NCBI GenBank assembly: GCA_904063045.1
Contig: CAJFCJ010000003.1
Coordinates: 496,001 to 560,000 of the forward strand
DNA from: Dimorphilus gyrociliatus
Taxonomy: Eukaryota; Animalia; Annelida
DNA length: 64,000 nucleotides
Reading direction: 5' to 3'
The notes under the pieces were generated by a model. That model ran no database searches, had not been told where the DNA came from, and saw only the letters and a list, made by a program, of their open reading frames with translations. Shown piece by piece: positions 12,241-25,890 of this stretch (the first letter of the stretch is position 1; every line of letters begins with the position of its first letter). Position numbers and translations under genes: made by a program.

Positions 12241-13623
12241 ATGATGAAATTATGCAAAAAATCAACACCAATTTTGTATAAATGCTTAATAGAACCTTCA
12301 GGGTCATGCATGACGAGTATAAACATTTCATATAGTATATGCTCAAAGAATGTCTTTTTTCTATCTTTAGTAACAAATGCATCGAAAAGTAACATTGGTT
12401 TCATTGGTCTTGGCAATATGGGCAATCATATGGCCAAGAATCTCATGAAAAAGGGCGAATCTATTGTTGTATTTGATATTTCCAAAGAATCTGTCAATTC
12501 TCTTACTACTGATGGTGAGAAAATTAATAATTTATTAAGTAATTTAATGGTTTTAGCATTTAAATAATGCATAGCATATATTTATGTATTAACTAGGAGC
12601 CCAAGCAGCTTCGTCACCCTCCGAGGTCGCCGCTAATTGCGAGAAAATTATCACCATGTTGCCATCGAATCCTCACGTTAAAGAAGTATACACCGGAAAT
12701 AACGGAATATTATCTGGTGTAAAGAAGGGGTCACTTTTACTTGACAGTAGCACTATTGACCCTGCCGTTAGTCGTCATGTAGGAGAACAATGTCAAGCAA
12801 AGGGTGCATCCTATATGGATTGCCCAGTTTCCGGAGGTCACTATACTTATAGAGAGAATTAAAAGCCTTAAAAGTTTGTTTATTGAATTCTCTTATATTA
12901 TTAGGAGTTAATGCTGCAAGGGATGGAATTCTTACTTTTATGGTTGGTGGGGATTCTGCGAAATTCGAAGAGGCAAAATCTATTCTAGAGAAGATGGGAA
13001 AGAATATTATACAATGCGGTGAACTCGGTACTGGAAATTCTGCAAAAATATGCAACAACATGCTTCTAGCAATCTCAATGATAGGCACTAGCGAAACTAT
13101 GAATTTGGGAGTAAAGTACGAGGAGAAAATTTGTTTACTATCTGTTTTATTTAATCATTTTTATTTTCCATCCAGACTTGGCTTGAAACCTGAACTATTA
13201 GCACAAATCTTGAACATGTCAACTGGAAGATGTTGGAGTAGTGAACTATATAACCCCTATCCCGGCATTTTACCAAACGTTCCGTCATCAAATGATTATC
13301 AAGGCGGATTTGGCTCAGCCTTAATGCGAAAAGTATTAGAGATTTTAATCTTCTCTATTGAATCTTTTATTGACAATGTTGTTAATTTTATTAGGATTTA
13401 GGCTTATCTCAAGATGCTGCAAGTGCAACAAAATCTGCAACACCCTTGGGTAAAAAAGCCTTTGAAATTTACAGGTGAAACAAGTTTAATTAAATAATTA
13501 ATAATTTATCAAGAATAACTCTATATCAATTATGATTATAGCGAAATGTCGGACAAAGGATTTGGACAAAAGGATTTCTCATCAGCTCTAAAATTCATTC
13601 AAGATGTACTTGAAAAGCAGTGA
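12241..13623 (+). CDS. HIBADH: 3-hydroxyisobutyrate dehydrogenase, mitochondrial
   Basis: IGFIGLGNMGNHMAKNL, DSSTIDP, DCPVSGG, AKICNNMLLAISM, STGRCWSSELYNP; multi-exon, TGA at 13621-13623. Confidence 0.95.
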
Positions 13624-14209
13624 AAGCGAATAGAACAACATTAGAAATAACAATATATTTGAATAAATGGTAATAGAGATTTGTATTGTTAACTGCGAAT
13701 AATAAATGGCTTTAAATAATAGAAATTCCTGGTATACTATTGAATCCGTAGGTGTTATAATAGAGATTCATTAAAGGTTATTGAACTTGTAGAGAGAAGT
13801 GGGCGATAGTACTAACTTGATCGTAACTATTAGACCATTCAAAAGAGAAATAATATTGTTCAAATAGAACTAGCTAATAACAGGCAATTTAATAAGATAT
13901 ACAGTGTATGTCAGTAAACTGGTACAGATAGAATATTTAGCTATTATTGATGCGGCTTCCTAGAAAGTACGTTGCCGGTGGATATCAATAAATATTACTA
14001 ATGTGTAAACTATTTGCAAAGTGAAAAACGTTAATCAACGTAAATCATACGCTTAATCGAACTCGATTATTGATTAAAGCTTGAATTGTTTGAAATAGTA
14101 TATGTAATTTCGTGTGTGAATAGAAAATAAATCCAATTGTTCTATCAATCCCTCATCTCTCCCTCTTATTCTATTTCTGCTTCTTCCTCCTCCTCATCAT
14201 TTAACGAAC

Positions 14210-15766
14210 ATGTCTGAGAGTGATGATTCTGAATCTGAAACTGAGACGACGGTAAGGTTAAGAAGATCGTATGCACTGTATATAAATAGCTATCTATATA
14301 CAATATATAATGTATACATTCGCAATGTTACTATTTTTAATATCTTTCTATTAGAAATGCGAATTAGTGTTAAAAAAGAAAAAGAGACCTGTAAATACTT
14401 CAACTATATCGCCCTATTCGGCGAAGTTGACAAATCCCGTCCGGAAAAGGGATATAAGGAGACGAGAATTTGATAAGGATTTAAATGAGAGTAGTTTGGC
14501 GAAAGAGATTAGAAATGTTCCTGGAAGACCCAGCTTTAAATCTCCTGAAGATTATTACGATGATATAATAGCCTTGAAAAAGGTTCTCTATTTAAAATAT
14601 AGTATAAAATTCTGTCTATGTTATTATTAGTGCTAAAAAAAGGAAAACAATCTCTTTCTTCCATAGAAAATTAAAAATCTAAATGAAGAAAATTCGATTT
14701 ATAAATTAAAACTAAGGAGATTAGAAGAAGAGAATAATAAGAAAGAAAAGGAAATTGATCAATTACTTAATCCAAATAAAAATCAAAATTTAAGAAGAAC
14801 GCTTGGAGATAGGAAATCCGAATTGTCTTCCTTAGTTTACAGTCTTAAACAGAAGATATTTAAACTGGAAACGAAATTGAAGGAAAAAGAAACATTGTTA
14901 AAGTAAAATTATATACTTTTAATATAATAAAAATTATAGTAATAGGAGAAGATTATTATCACTTTTTTTTAATAAATAAGACAATCTCCATTTTTATATT
15001 CTATTTATTGTTCGTTTTTTTATTATATAGCCAATTACACAATCATCTTAAAACAACAACAGTAGAGGAACTACAAATTGAAAGAAAGGTATTTTTAGAA
15101 GAAATACAACGTCTAAGAGCCCTCATAGAGTAATTTTTCTTATAAAATTATACTCGTTTCCTTCCTTTTATTTCCTTTTTCCATCAATATTTAGCTTTTC
15201 CAACCAAGACAAGAATAACATGAAACAAATCTCGTTAGCAAAAAAGACGGCTAAGCTCACTGTCAATCAAAATTTACGACTAAGGGAAGAGAATCTACAT
15301 TTAGGAAAAGAAATAGGAAAGCTATTATCTGGGGAGGAGATTGACCAAGAGGAAGATGAGAAAATAATTCATCAAAGAATAACTGATGGCCCCTTCAGAT
15401 ATCATCAAAATGTTATCAAAAGACTCTTCGAAGAAAAGGAGCATTTTAAAAGAAAATATGAACAAAAAAGGTTTTTTGCTTCTCTTCTCTTCCTTCTATA
15501 TCGTATATATGTCTTATTGTTTATTGTTTTGTAGAAAAGACTACAAACTCCTCAAACGAGAAAATGAATCTCTTATAAAGAAACTTGGCACTTCTGACTC
15601 AGCTTTTAACGACAATACGGTCGAACTGTTACAATCAACTATGAGAGGTCACGTGTTCAGAAAGACAGAGATGAGCAGGAAGGATTATGATGACCAGATT
15701 GCATGTCTAGATAGAAGTGATAATGACGATATTATGGGAGCAGACAGCGAAAAAGAATCTACTTAA
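14210..15766 (+). CDS. IQCE: IQ domain-containing protein E (EvC-zone ciliary Hedgehog regulator homolog)
   Basis: KSPEDYYDDIIALKK...YKLKLRRLEEENNKKEKEIDQLLNP...LRRTL...SLKQKIFKLE...KTTTVEEL matches the IQCE coiled-coil region. One C-terminal IQ motif, LQSTMRGHVFRK. Confidence 0.85.
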
Positions 15767-15863
15767 ATCTGCTATTCGTTTGTGCTATTGTTCTCCCTTT
15801 TATTTTAGAACAATAATAATGGAGAATCTAAGATTTCGTTCTAGAATTTATTCGACCTTGAAA

Positions 15864-17835
<1,972 letters not shown>

Positions 17836-18057
17836 AATTTCTATTAGTATCAATTAGAGCGATAAATTCTAGTAATAGTATTCGCACAAAACGAAGCCGA
17901 ATAGTTTCAACCGGAAGCGGAAAGTGAAAAATGGAGGTTGGGACACTGGAGACTTCTTTCACGTTTTCTTTTAATATCCACAAGACGTCGGCTAGTTTGT
18001 AATGACAGTAGAGACATCTGTATTTCAGACCTGTCACAAATTCGTCTGTATTATAAG
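17836..18057. promoter_or_regulatory. Bidirectional promoter ADH5/METAP1
   Basis: Only 222 bp between the divergent ATGs; contains tandem ETS-like CCGGAAGCGGAAAGTG near 17911-17926. Confidence 0.65.
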
Positions 18058-19747
18058 ATGGCTACTATGGAGCTAAATGGAAAACTTTGCGAAACCACTG
18101 GTTGCGAAAAACCAGCTAGTTTACAATGTCCAACATGTATAAAATTAAAACTAGATTCATCTTTTTTTTGCTCTCAGGTAAGTTAAATATAAAACATTTA
18201 TTACAAAAATGTATACATTATATAAAAACATGTAGCGATAATACGTTGATTTTGTTTCAGGAATGCTTCAAAGGATGTTGGAACGAACATAAGAAACTTC
18301 ATAAGAAAGCTAGTGAGTACAAAAGATACATCTTTAGATACCTATGAATATATTCTAGTTCGTTTTGAGTATAATTTATCCATTAAATCTATATTAATAT
18401 GTTAGATTTTATAATTTAAATAGCATGTACCAAGTTGTTCTGCCCATTAGGCGATGTCATGATTTTCTATTTATTTTCTGTAGGCCTAATCCTTTTTCCA
18501 TATTTTAGATTATTTGATGATTTAACATTATTAAAAAAATTATGTTTTCTTTCTTTATAAAAGAAGAGATAACCACAACGAATGGTACTTCGGCTTATAA
18601 TCCTTGGCCTGGATTCAAATTTACCGGCGAACTAAGACCTTACCCTCAAACACCTATAAGAACGGTTCCTAAACATATCAACCGCCCCGATTACGCCGAC
18701 CATCCAGAAGGTTTCCCAACTAGCGAACGAGCCATTAGGGGATCCACAAACATTGTTCAATTAAACGACGAAGATCAAGAGTCAATGAGAACAGCTTGTA
18801 AATTGGCCAGAGAAGTTTTAGATATAGGCTCTCAGGCTGTCGAAGTAGGAGTTACTGCAGACGAAATAGATAGATTGGTTCACGAAGCTTGCATTGAAAG
18901 AGATTGTTATCCTTCACCACTGAATTATTATAATTTTCCAAAGTCTTGCTGTACATCAATCAATGAAGTCATTTGCCATGGTATACCAGATACCAGACCC
19001 TTAAAAGATGGAGATATTGTAAACAGTATGTTTGCTATATGTATATTTGTTCAAATTGTTCAATTATGTTTTATTCTTCTCCCCCACTTCTCTAGTTGAT
19101 GTTACTGTGTATTACAATGATTTCCATGGTGATTTAAACGAAACGCTATTCGTTGGGAATGTACCCGAATCGAGCAAAAATTTGGTTAAAGTAACGCACG
19201 AATGCCTATCAAAAGCTATAGAAGAAGGTAAGATAATTACTTACAAAGATAGTTTTACTCTTTTAAACCCTGTACTGAAGAAAAAAATCAATTAAAAATC
19301 TCTTTAATTAGTTCGACCCGGCGTAAGATATCGTGATATGGGAAATATTATTCAAAAACACGCTCAACAACACGGTTATTCAGTTGTTCGCACTTATTGC
19401 GGACACGGAATACATAGACTCTTTCATACCTCTCCTAATGTTCCCCATTATGCTAGTAAGTATTCTTACCATTCTGTTTTTCTATCGTTTTTTCATTTAT
19501 TCTCTTACTTTTTCTTTTAGAAAATAAAGCTGTTGGTGTAATGAAACCTGGACATGCTTTCACAATAGAGCCAATGATTTCAGAGGGTACTTGGCGTGAT
19601 GAGACTTGGCCAGATAATTGGACTGCCGTAACACAGGATGGAAAAAGATCGGCTCAGTTTGAACATACCCTATTAGTAACCGACACTGGATGCGATATCT
19701 TAACGGAAAGACCAAAAGGTCAACCGTGGTTCATGGACAAACTCTGA
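18058..19747 (+). CDS. METAP1: Methionine aminopeptidase 1
   Basis: N-terminal zf-C6H2 (CETTGC...LQCPTC...[18 protein letters not shown]); [47 protein letters not shown]. Confidence 0.97.
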
Positions 19748-20271
19748 AAGGCTCTTCAAGTAGAAATATAAACTAATTCTAGAAAATGTCTTTTTTCTTC
19801 TTCTCTTTTTCTCTTTTAAGAATTTTATTAGGAATATAGAGACCAAAAACACAAACAGGAAGAAAGCAGCAACAAATGTAACCTCCTACACGCATTAAGA
19901 TATCCCAAACTTTTATTAAGAATAGATAAATTTTTAGACTAAAATAAAACCGAAATTAAGTGTTGCTTATTGTTTTTGTACTTGAAAATTATCTACAAGG
20001 CAAGCTAATTGATTAAAAATGCCTATAATTAATAATTGATAATCTAAACGGCAGATGACGCTTTACCTACTACATATGGTGTCTAAATTCATTTCGTTGC
20101 TGACGTTTCGCTATTCTCAGGGGTAACACATTTTTACTGTACAATTTTTTTTTCTTATAAACTAACATTTCACAAAAAGGAACATTTAATCACTATCCCA
20201 TAACTCAACAAAATAATTTCCTCGTCAATAGATAGGGCCTGTGGCAAGGTCATCTTTAGGAGTTGGTAGTC

Positions 20272-21715
20272 ATGACTAAAGTATTAAAGAATATTAAATA
20301 TATATGCAGTGATGATAAAATTGATGAATATTGCAGTCATCTTAATTCGGATAAGACATTTCATGATTTTGGTAACGAACACTTTGAAAAGACAGTTTTT
20401 GATTTATATTTACCGAAGGACAAGGGTAAAGATAAGAGAAAACTCATCGTGTTCGTTCATGGAGGAGGTAGGCGTACTCTCTATTATGATTATTTAAATT
20501 TATAGCTTATGCTAGTTATCAAGTCATTTATTATCTATATATACTAATATATATATACTGTATATAAATATATATGTATATTTCTCATACAATCCCATAG
20601 GATGGAGAGCTGGCCATACCGATCCTTGGAGACATTTCGTCTCCCACTACGACACTAATCTCTTTGCTTTCCTCCTTCTTTATTTGACTAATTACGTTTC
20701 CCGAATGGCTCATTGGTTTACTAGTCAAGGCTATGCTCTAGCTGTTGTTACTTATCCATTATCCGCACCAAGTTTTCCCTTCAACTTAGTTGAAATGTTT
20801 GTCATCAGGCCTATAGTGTCGAGTTTAGTTGTATTTTTGCCGATTTCAGTTGCCAATTATATTCTCCACTACATAATTGGCTTCGCAATAAACATCCGTT
20901 CGCTTTGGTGTCTCTCTCAACTAAGCATTTGGATTGTTATCGGAGTTTTTAAAGCCCAATATAGGATCAATATTCTTCAATACCTTTGTCCTCTGATAAT
21001 ATGGATTTCATTAAATTATTTCCTCTTTTATCCCACTCTATCAAGTAGTTTTCTTCTATGGGGTTTCATAGCTGTTGTTCACTTTTATAGGACGAATAGA
21101 CTAATCTCGCATCCAGTCCACGTTCAACACATTGTCAAAGCTCTAAGGACGATAGATGAGATTCGAAAAAAATCTAATCTATATGACTCGCTCGTACTGT
21201 CTGGACACTCGGCAGGTGGCCATTTATGCTCGTTAATTGCTTTCCAAGAAAATATCCTACCCGATTATCACTTAGATTTAAAGGCTTTAAAAGTTGATGG
21301 AATAATCTACATAAGCGGCGTTTACGATCTAATAAAGTTAAGCAAGAGTTTCCTGGCTAATCAAATATATGTAAAGAACCAATTCACTCAAATAGCAACT
21401 ACCCTTTCAAAGGCTTCTCCTATAAATTATATTAAGGACAAAAAGAATAAACACATACCTATGCTATTTCTAAATGCAAACTATGAAAAGATTCTATTAA
21501 ATCAAACTGAGGAGATGCTCCAGTTACTCAGGAAAAACAATTATCAAGTAGATTTTCATTTATTTAAAGATTTCAATCATTTCGATATCGTTCAAGGATT
21601 TAGCGATAGTCAGACTTTTCAATCGATTGTATTCGATTTTATTTCAATTGGAACATGTCTTCATAACGAACTGGAAAGAGACGAGAAGAGTCAATTGAAA
21701 GGAGAGAAAGTATAA
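20272..21715 (+). CDS. HSL-family alpha/beta hydrolase (kynurenine formamidase/PCME-like) with a large hydrophobic insertion
   Basis: Exons 20272-20467 and 20601-21715. Oxyanion HGGGW spans the splice junction, nucleophile GHSAGG, putative His in FNHFDI; about 110 aa of hydrophobic sequence between YPLS and HPVH. Confidence 0.8.
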
Positions 21716-21725
21716 AGAGATGAGA

Positions 21726-22652
21726 TTAACCTGTATACTTGATAAGAAATCCTCTCCTCCTTGTTCCTCCTTGATAATCAACTCTTAAATGTTTGAAGAT
21801 ACCGTCGGTTTGCTCATCCGTTCGATTACACGATGGAACGCTTAATCTCCTATCGTTGTTGTCAATATCCTCTATAACAAGAGTGCTGCATTGATTGGCA
21901 TTCGCCTCATCTGGCATATGTAAAATCTAAAGAAATCATAAAGAAAAGACAAAAAAAATGGACTAGTTCCGGAAAGACAATTTTGTGGAAAAAAAAAAAA
22001 AATTGCTATTTATAATTATACTTGAACTTGTAAATGTTGTCCAGGGTTTGTCCTTAAATCTAATTTGCACGAGGATCTAGGGGGCATTCCCTTTGGATAA
22101 TTAAATGTTGTTATGTAACCAGTTTTGGGTTCATCTATTCGTACGACCTTGTCTTTTCCACTACACATATAGATAAAATCTGAAACTATTTAATAAAATA
22201 GAATAAAGACAAAGCATCTAATGGAAAGTGTTTGAAATTTTACCGTCAGCGCATTGATGTTCAGTTTCTAAGTACTTTTCAATGTCCGGTAGGCAGGGAT
22301 TGGAAAATTCCCTATCGTTTACCGGAACTTCGCAATAGGTTGTTCCAAAGCATAATCTTTGAACAGATGCTATTGCATTAGGATCGTAGCATGTTTGGAA
22401 TTTTTGAGGATTACATATTTCTTCTTTCCTCCTCCCATAGACGGCGCTTTCAATTACCATAAAATTTCCCTCATCTGGATAACACTTGATTTTGAGAGTA
22501 GACTCTTGACAAGTGAAACGATGATAATCATCCAATTGAAGTTTTAAGGGTTCTTCATCAGGAAGGCTCCCATGAGAAGTTGAGCGCTTAACGTAATCAC
22601 AGATAAGAACTATTTGGACTAGATAGTATAATAAATTAACTAAACGAAGCAT
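21726..22652 (-). CDS. Secreted SUEL (rhamnose/galactose-binding) lectin + CUB domain protein
   Basis: Signal peptide MLRLVNLLYYLVQIVLIC; SUEL domain (TCQESTLKIKC...IESAVYGR...C...C....CEVPV...FSNPC.P...KYLE..HQC). Exons 2-3 give CUB (GYITTFNYPKG....SCKLDLRTNPGQHLQVQ...C...C...GFLIKY). Confidence 0.8.
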
Positions 22653-23756
22653 TCTCGTTTTCCCCTTGACAAAAGGGTGTAATACAGATCTTAGCCCTAT
22701 TTTCAATACATATTAATCAAAAGTTGTTGGTTCAAGAATTAATAATACACCGGCAGCCACCCCCATTATCGCCATCTGTCGGAAGGACGACTGGGCAAAC
22801 AGTTTTGCGTTGTATAGGAAGAGGTTAATTAGAATGAAAGAGTGCTGCAGGCAGTGGAGGAAATGATGAAGAAAAAGATGATTAATGAATAGAGTAATAT
22901 TATATAAAGTAGAAAGAATTAATAATAGATAATTGGACAGAGTGAAGGCTATTTACGGAAGAGAGGGTTGAGTCTGGGCGGAAAGTAGACTGAAGGGTTG
23001 GGTTTTAGATGTTATGACGAGCAAGAATAGGTTAATATTAATTAGCAAACTGTGTATATAATCGAGTGAGAGCCACGCATACATTTTACAGTAATTCTAT
23101 AACTCGCCCAGTGTAATATTATCATAATATAAAGGATATAATCAAGTGAACGATCTGGCGAGCGACACTTTCTTATTAAGTCAGTTAATGACACGTTTTT
23201 TACGCCTACCCGTTGCTATTTTTACACCAAATATTATAATATTACTACTACTTATAGAGGAGAATCACTATTGTCGTCCGTAGTACGGAACGTACAACAA
23301 GGATAGTTCTACGGAGGCAAGTAATTCATTAAAAAAAAACCCCCAGATAAACAATAACAATTTTTTTCAACAATTAATGAAACATTTCTTTATTAATAAA
23401 TTAAATAATTGTAATAATAATAATAATAAATAATAATAATAATAAAGAACGGTATAAAGAATTCGATAGAAGGTTATAAACCTTATAAATTAAGAAGGAT
23501 AATAGAAGAACATAAATTCAACTGGACGATTTATTTACAGTATATACAATATACTACCTCGGAGCTATTAGAGTCTGTTTCTTTATCAGAGTCTGGCAAT
23601 TTGAAAACTGTTTCCCCCGATAAAATCGGCGTCAGTTACAGAATTAATTACCGCGGAAGAGACAACGTTGTCTGAAGATATTCTTATAAATTCTACGTCT
23701 TTTCCATTATCAATACAGTAGTTGGTCGTACCCTGAGCTCGGCTCATTTGTTCGAT

Positions 23757-24191
23757 ATGAAATACAGGTATAAATCAAACTCTATTCTCTATTTATTCTA
23801 TCTAAATTACTGTTTTATTATTTATTATGTAATTTTAATAATTTATACTTTGTTTTCTTTTTTATACGTAATCATTATCAGGTGGTTCTTTTTCACCTGC
23901 CTTATTGTCGTCTTCTTCTCGTCGAGTCTTGAAAAACCGGTCAGAAGCGACAGTTTAATTGCCAGGCTAGACAAATGTGTAGCGTCGATAGTTCTTACTG
24001 AGGAGGAGAATGATAATTGGAATGATTTGAAATCTAAACATTTAGCTTCAAGTTTCAACGCATGTGATGATGAAATATGGCGGCAGTTTGGAAAAGGAAC
24101 GTTTACTTGTAATGAACTTTGGAGCATATTTCAAATAGAGTTTCTTGAATGTTTTATTAGAAAGAATAAGATGGTTATGGAATCAGGATAA
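23757..24191 (+). CDS. Putative orphan small secreted protein (106 aa, 4 Cys in mature part)
   Basis: ATG 23757, GT-AG intron 23768-23881. Product MKYRWFFFTCLIVVFFSSSLEKPVRSDSLIARLDKC...NAC...FTC...LEC...RKNKMVMESG* has a signal-peptide-like N-terminus. No recognised family. Confidence 0.5.
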   Translation: MKYRYKSNSILYLFYLNYCFIIYYVILIIYTLFSFLYVIIIRWFFFTCLIVVFFSSSLEKPVRSDSLIARLDKCVASIVLTEEENDNWNDLKSKHLASSFNACDDEIWRQFGKGTFTCNELWSIFQIEFLECFIRKNKMVMESG

Positions 24192-25890
24192 GAAAATTTC
24201 TCCTTTTCGCAACCTAACTCCATATCTCCAATCCAGTAGTTCTACTAAAACTGCCGCCGCATCTGCTTTCTTCAGAACCTCATCTCCCTGATATTCCCGT
24301 TATCTATTTCTCACAGACATTCTCTGTCTCTGGTTCCCTACCTCAACCTTCTCACAAAAAGCAAGCGTCTCTCTCATGGTCTCTCAATCTCACTCAATTC
24401 TCCCTTTCTCACCCCCTTTCACACTCTCTCTCTTTTCCATGTAGGCCCACTCAATATCTCTTGCACTTTCTAGCTCAACCTGTTCCTGCTCCTCCTGCTC
24501 CTCTTGCTCCTGCTCCTCCTCCTCACAAAATATTTAACAGCCGCCTACTTTACTCCTCTCCGCCCATCTCAATCCTCATACATTAAAAAAAAAAAGAAAT
24601 AAAAGAAAGAAAATGGAAGTATACAAGTGATTTATCCATTAATCCCATAATGGATAAGCTTATGTAATCGATCTATTTTTTTGATGTGTTGAACAAAATC
24701 AAAAAAAAAATAACTAAAAAAAAATTCCTGTGCAGTAAAAATTTACTGTATTAATAAAAAAAAGTAGAGAGCACAATATGGAAAAAATGTACATTTTTAA
24801 AGACTTTTTTGACTTTAAACTTGTTTTTTCTCTTATTATTTTATTCCTCTTTTTTGCTATTCTTTATTTTTATCTATCTATCTATAAATGTTTAACCAAT
24901 TGATATAAGTAACAAAAACTTTGTAAGGCTGTAATATACGAAGATAAAACTTTTCTAAGATGATATTTTCTTAAATTGGTACTTTCCTTAAATCATATCC
25001 CTTCTTCAGACACTACAATGCCACCTATAGGCGATCGGTGTAAGCTTATATGTGCGTGTGCATGTGTGTGCGTGTGTTTAAAAGCATAAAAGTATGTATG
25101 TAACTAGATGTACAGTGTATATTCTTACAATTATAAAAGCGTAAATCGGTATATTAGATTTTTACTACTACAGTATTGCATTGTTCTTTGAGAGGGAGAG
25201 AGAGAAAGGGAAAAGAGAAAGAGTGAATGAAAGGGTTAAAGAGGACTTTTCGAAAAAAATATAGATTTTGAAATAAATTATATGTCACTAACAACGGTCG
25301 GATAGATAAAGATAAATTTGGATGAATAGCTAGACGGAACACACGAAGAAAGTAGAAAAAGAGACAGGCATACTGAGTGCGTAGTATAACAGTATATAAA
25401 ATGATGTATGAATGCCTTAAGTGTAATCAGTGTTTATGATCGTGTAACTAGATACTTGCGCAGATTGAAAATTAGTAAACAATTACAGAAAATGGCGACA
25501 AAGACGAGACCTTACTATCTATAATCTGTTAATACGTTATTCGCCCCCCTTTCGCTCACTCTCTCTCTCTCTCTCGCTTCTCTCTCTTCGCTCTCAAACT
25601 AGCTTGCTCTTTTTCTTCTCGACACCCCTTCACCCCACCGCCTTCCCTCGTCGGTTTACAAACTGCGGATCTATCCGAATAGACCTATAGAGTATAGGTT
25701 AAGAAAAGATCTAGGGTGAAGGTCATTTATAATAGATTCGACTAGTTAGCTTCTGATGTTTATCGGGCTTGTGCAGGTTTTTTTGGCACAGTTACTACAA
25801 TCGCGATAATGACTCTGATAGAAAACATGCTGTTGGGAAAAAAATCCGATTAAAACACAACTCTAGCTCGGCAAGTAAACGAGGCAGAAA

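Noticed and set aside
23541-23756. In-frame TGA (23673) upstream of the small secreted ORF, suggesting readthrough or Sec
   Set aside because: The upstream frame has no start codon or recognisable protein and would bury the signal peptide; more likely 5' UTR.
24380-24560. Minus-strand Glu-rich or protamine-like RS-rich reading of a purine-rich tract
   Set aside because: Simple GAG/CAG repeat composition gives biased peptides in every frame; no start codon or splice support.
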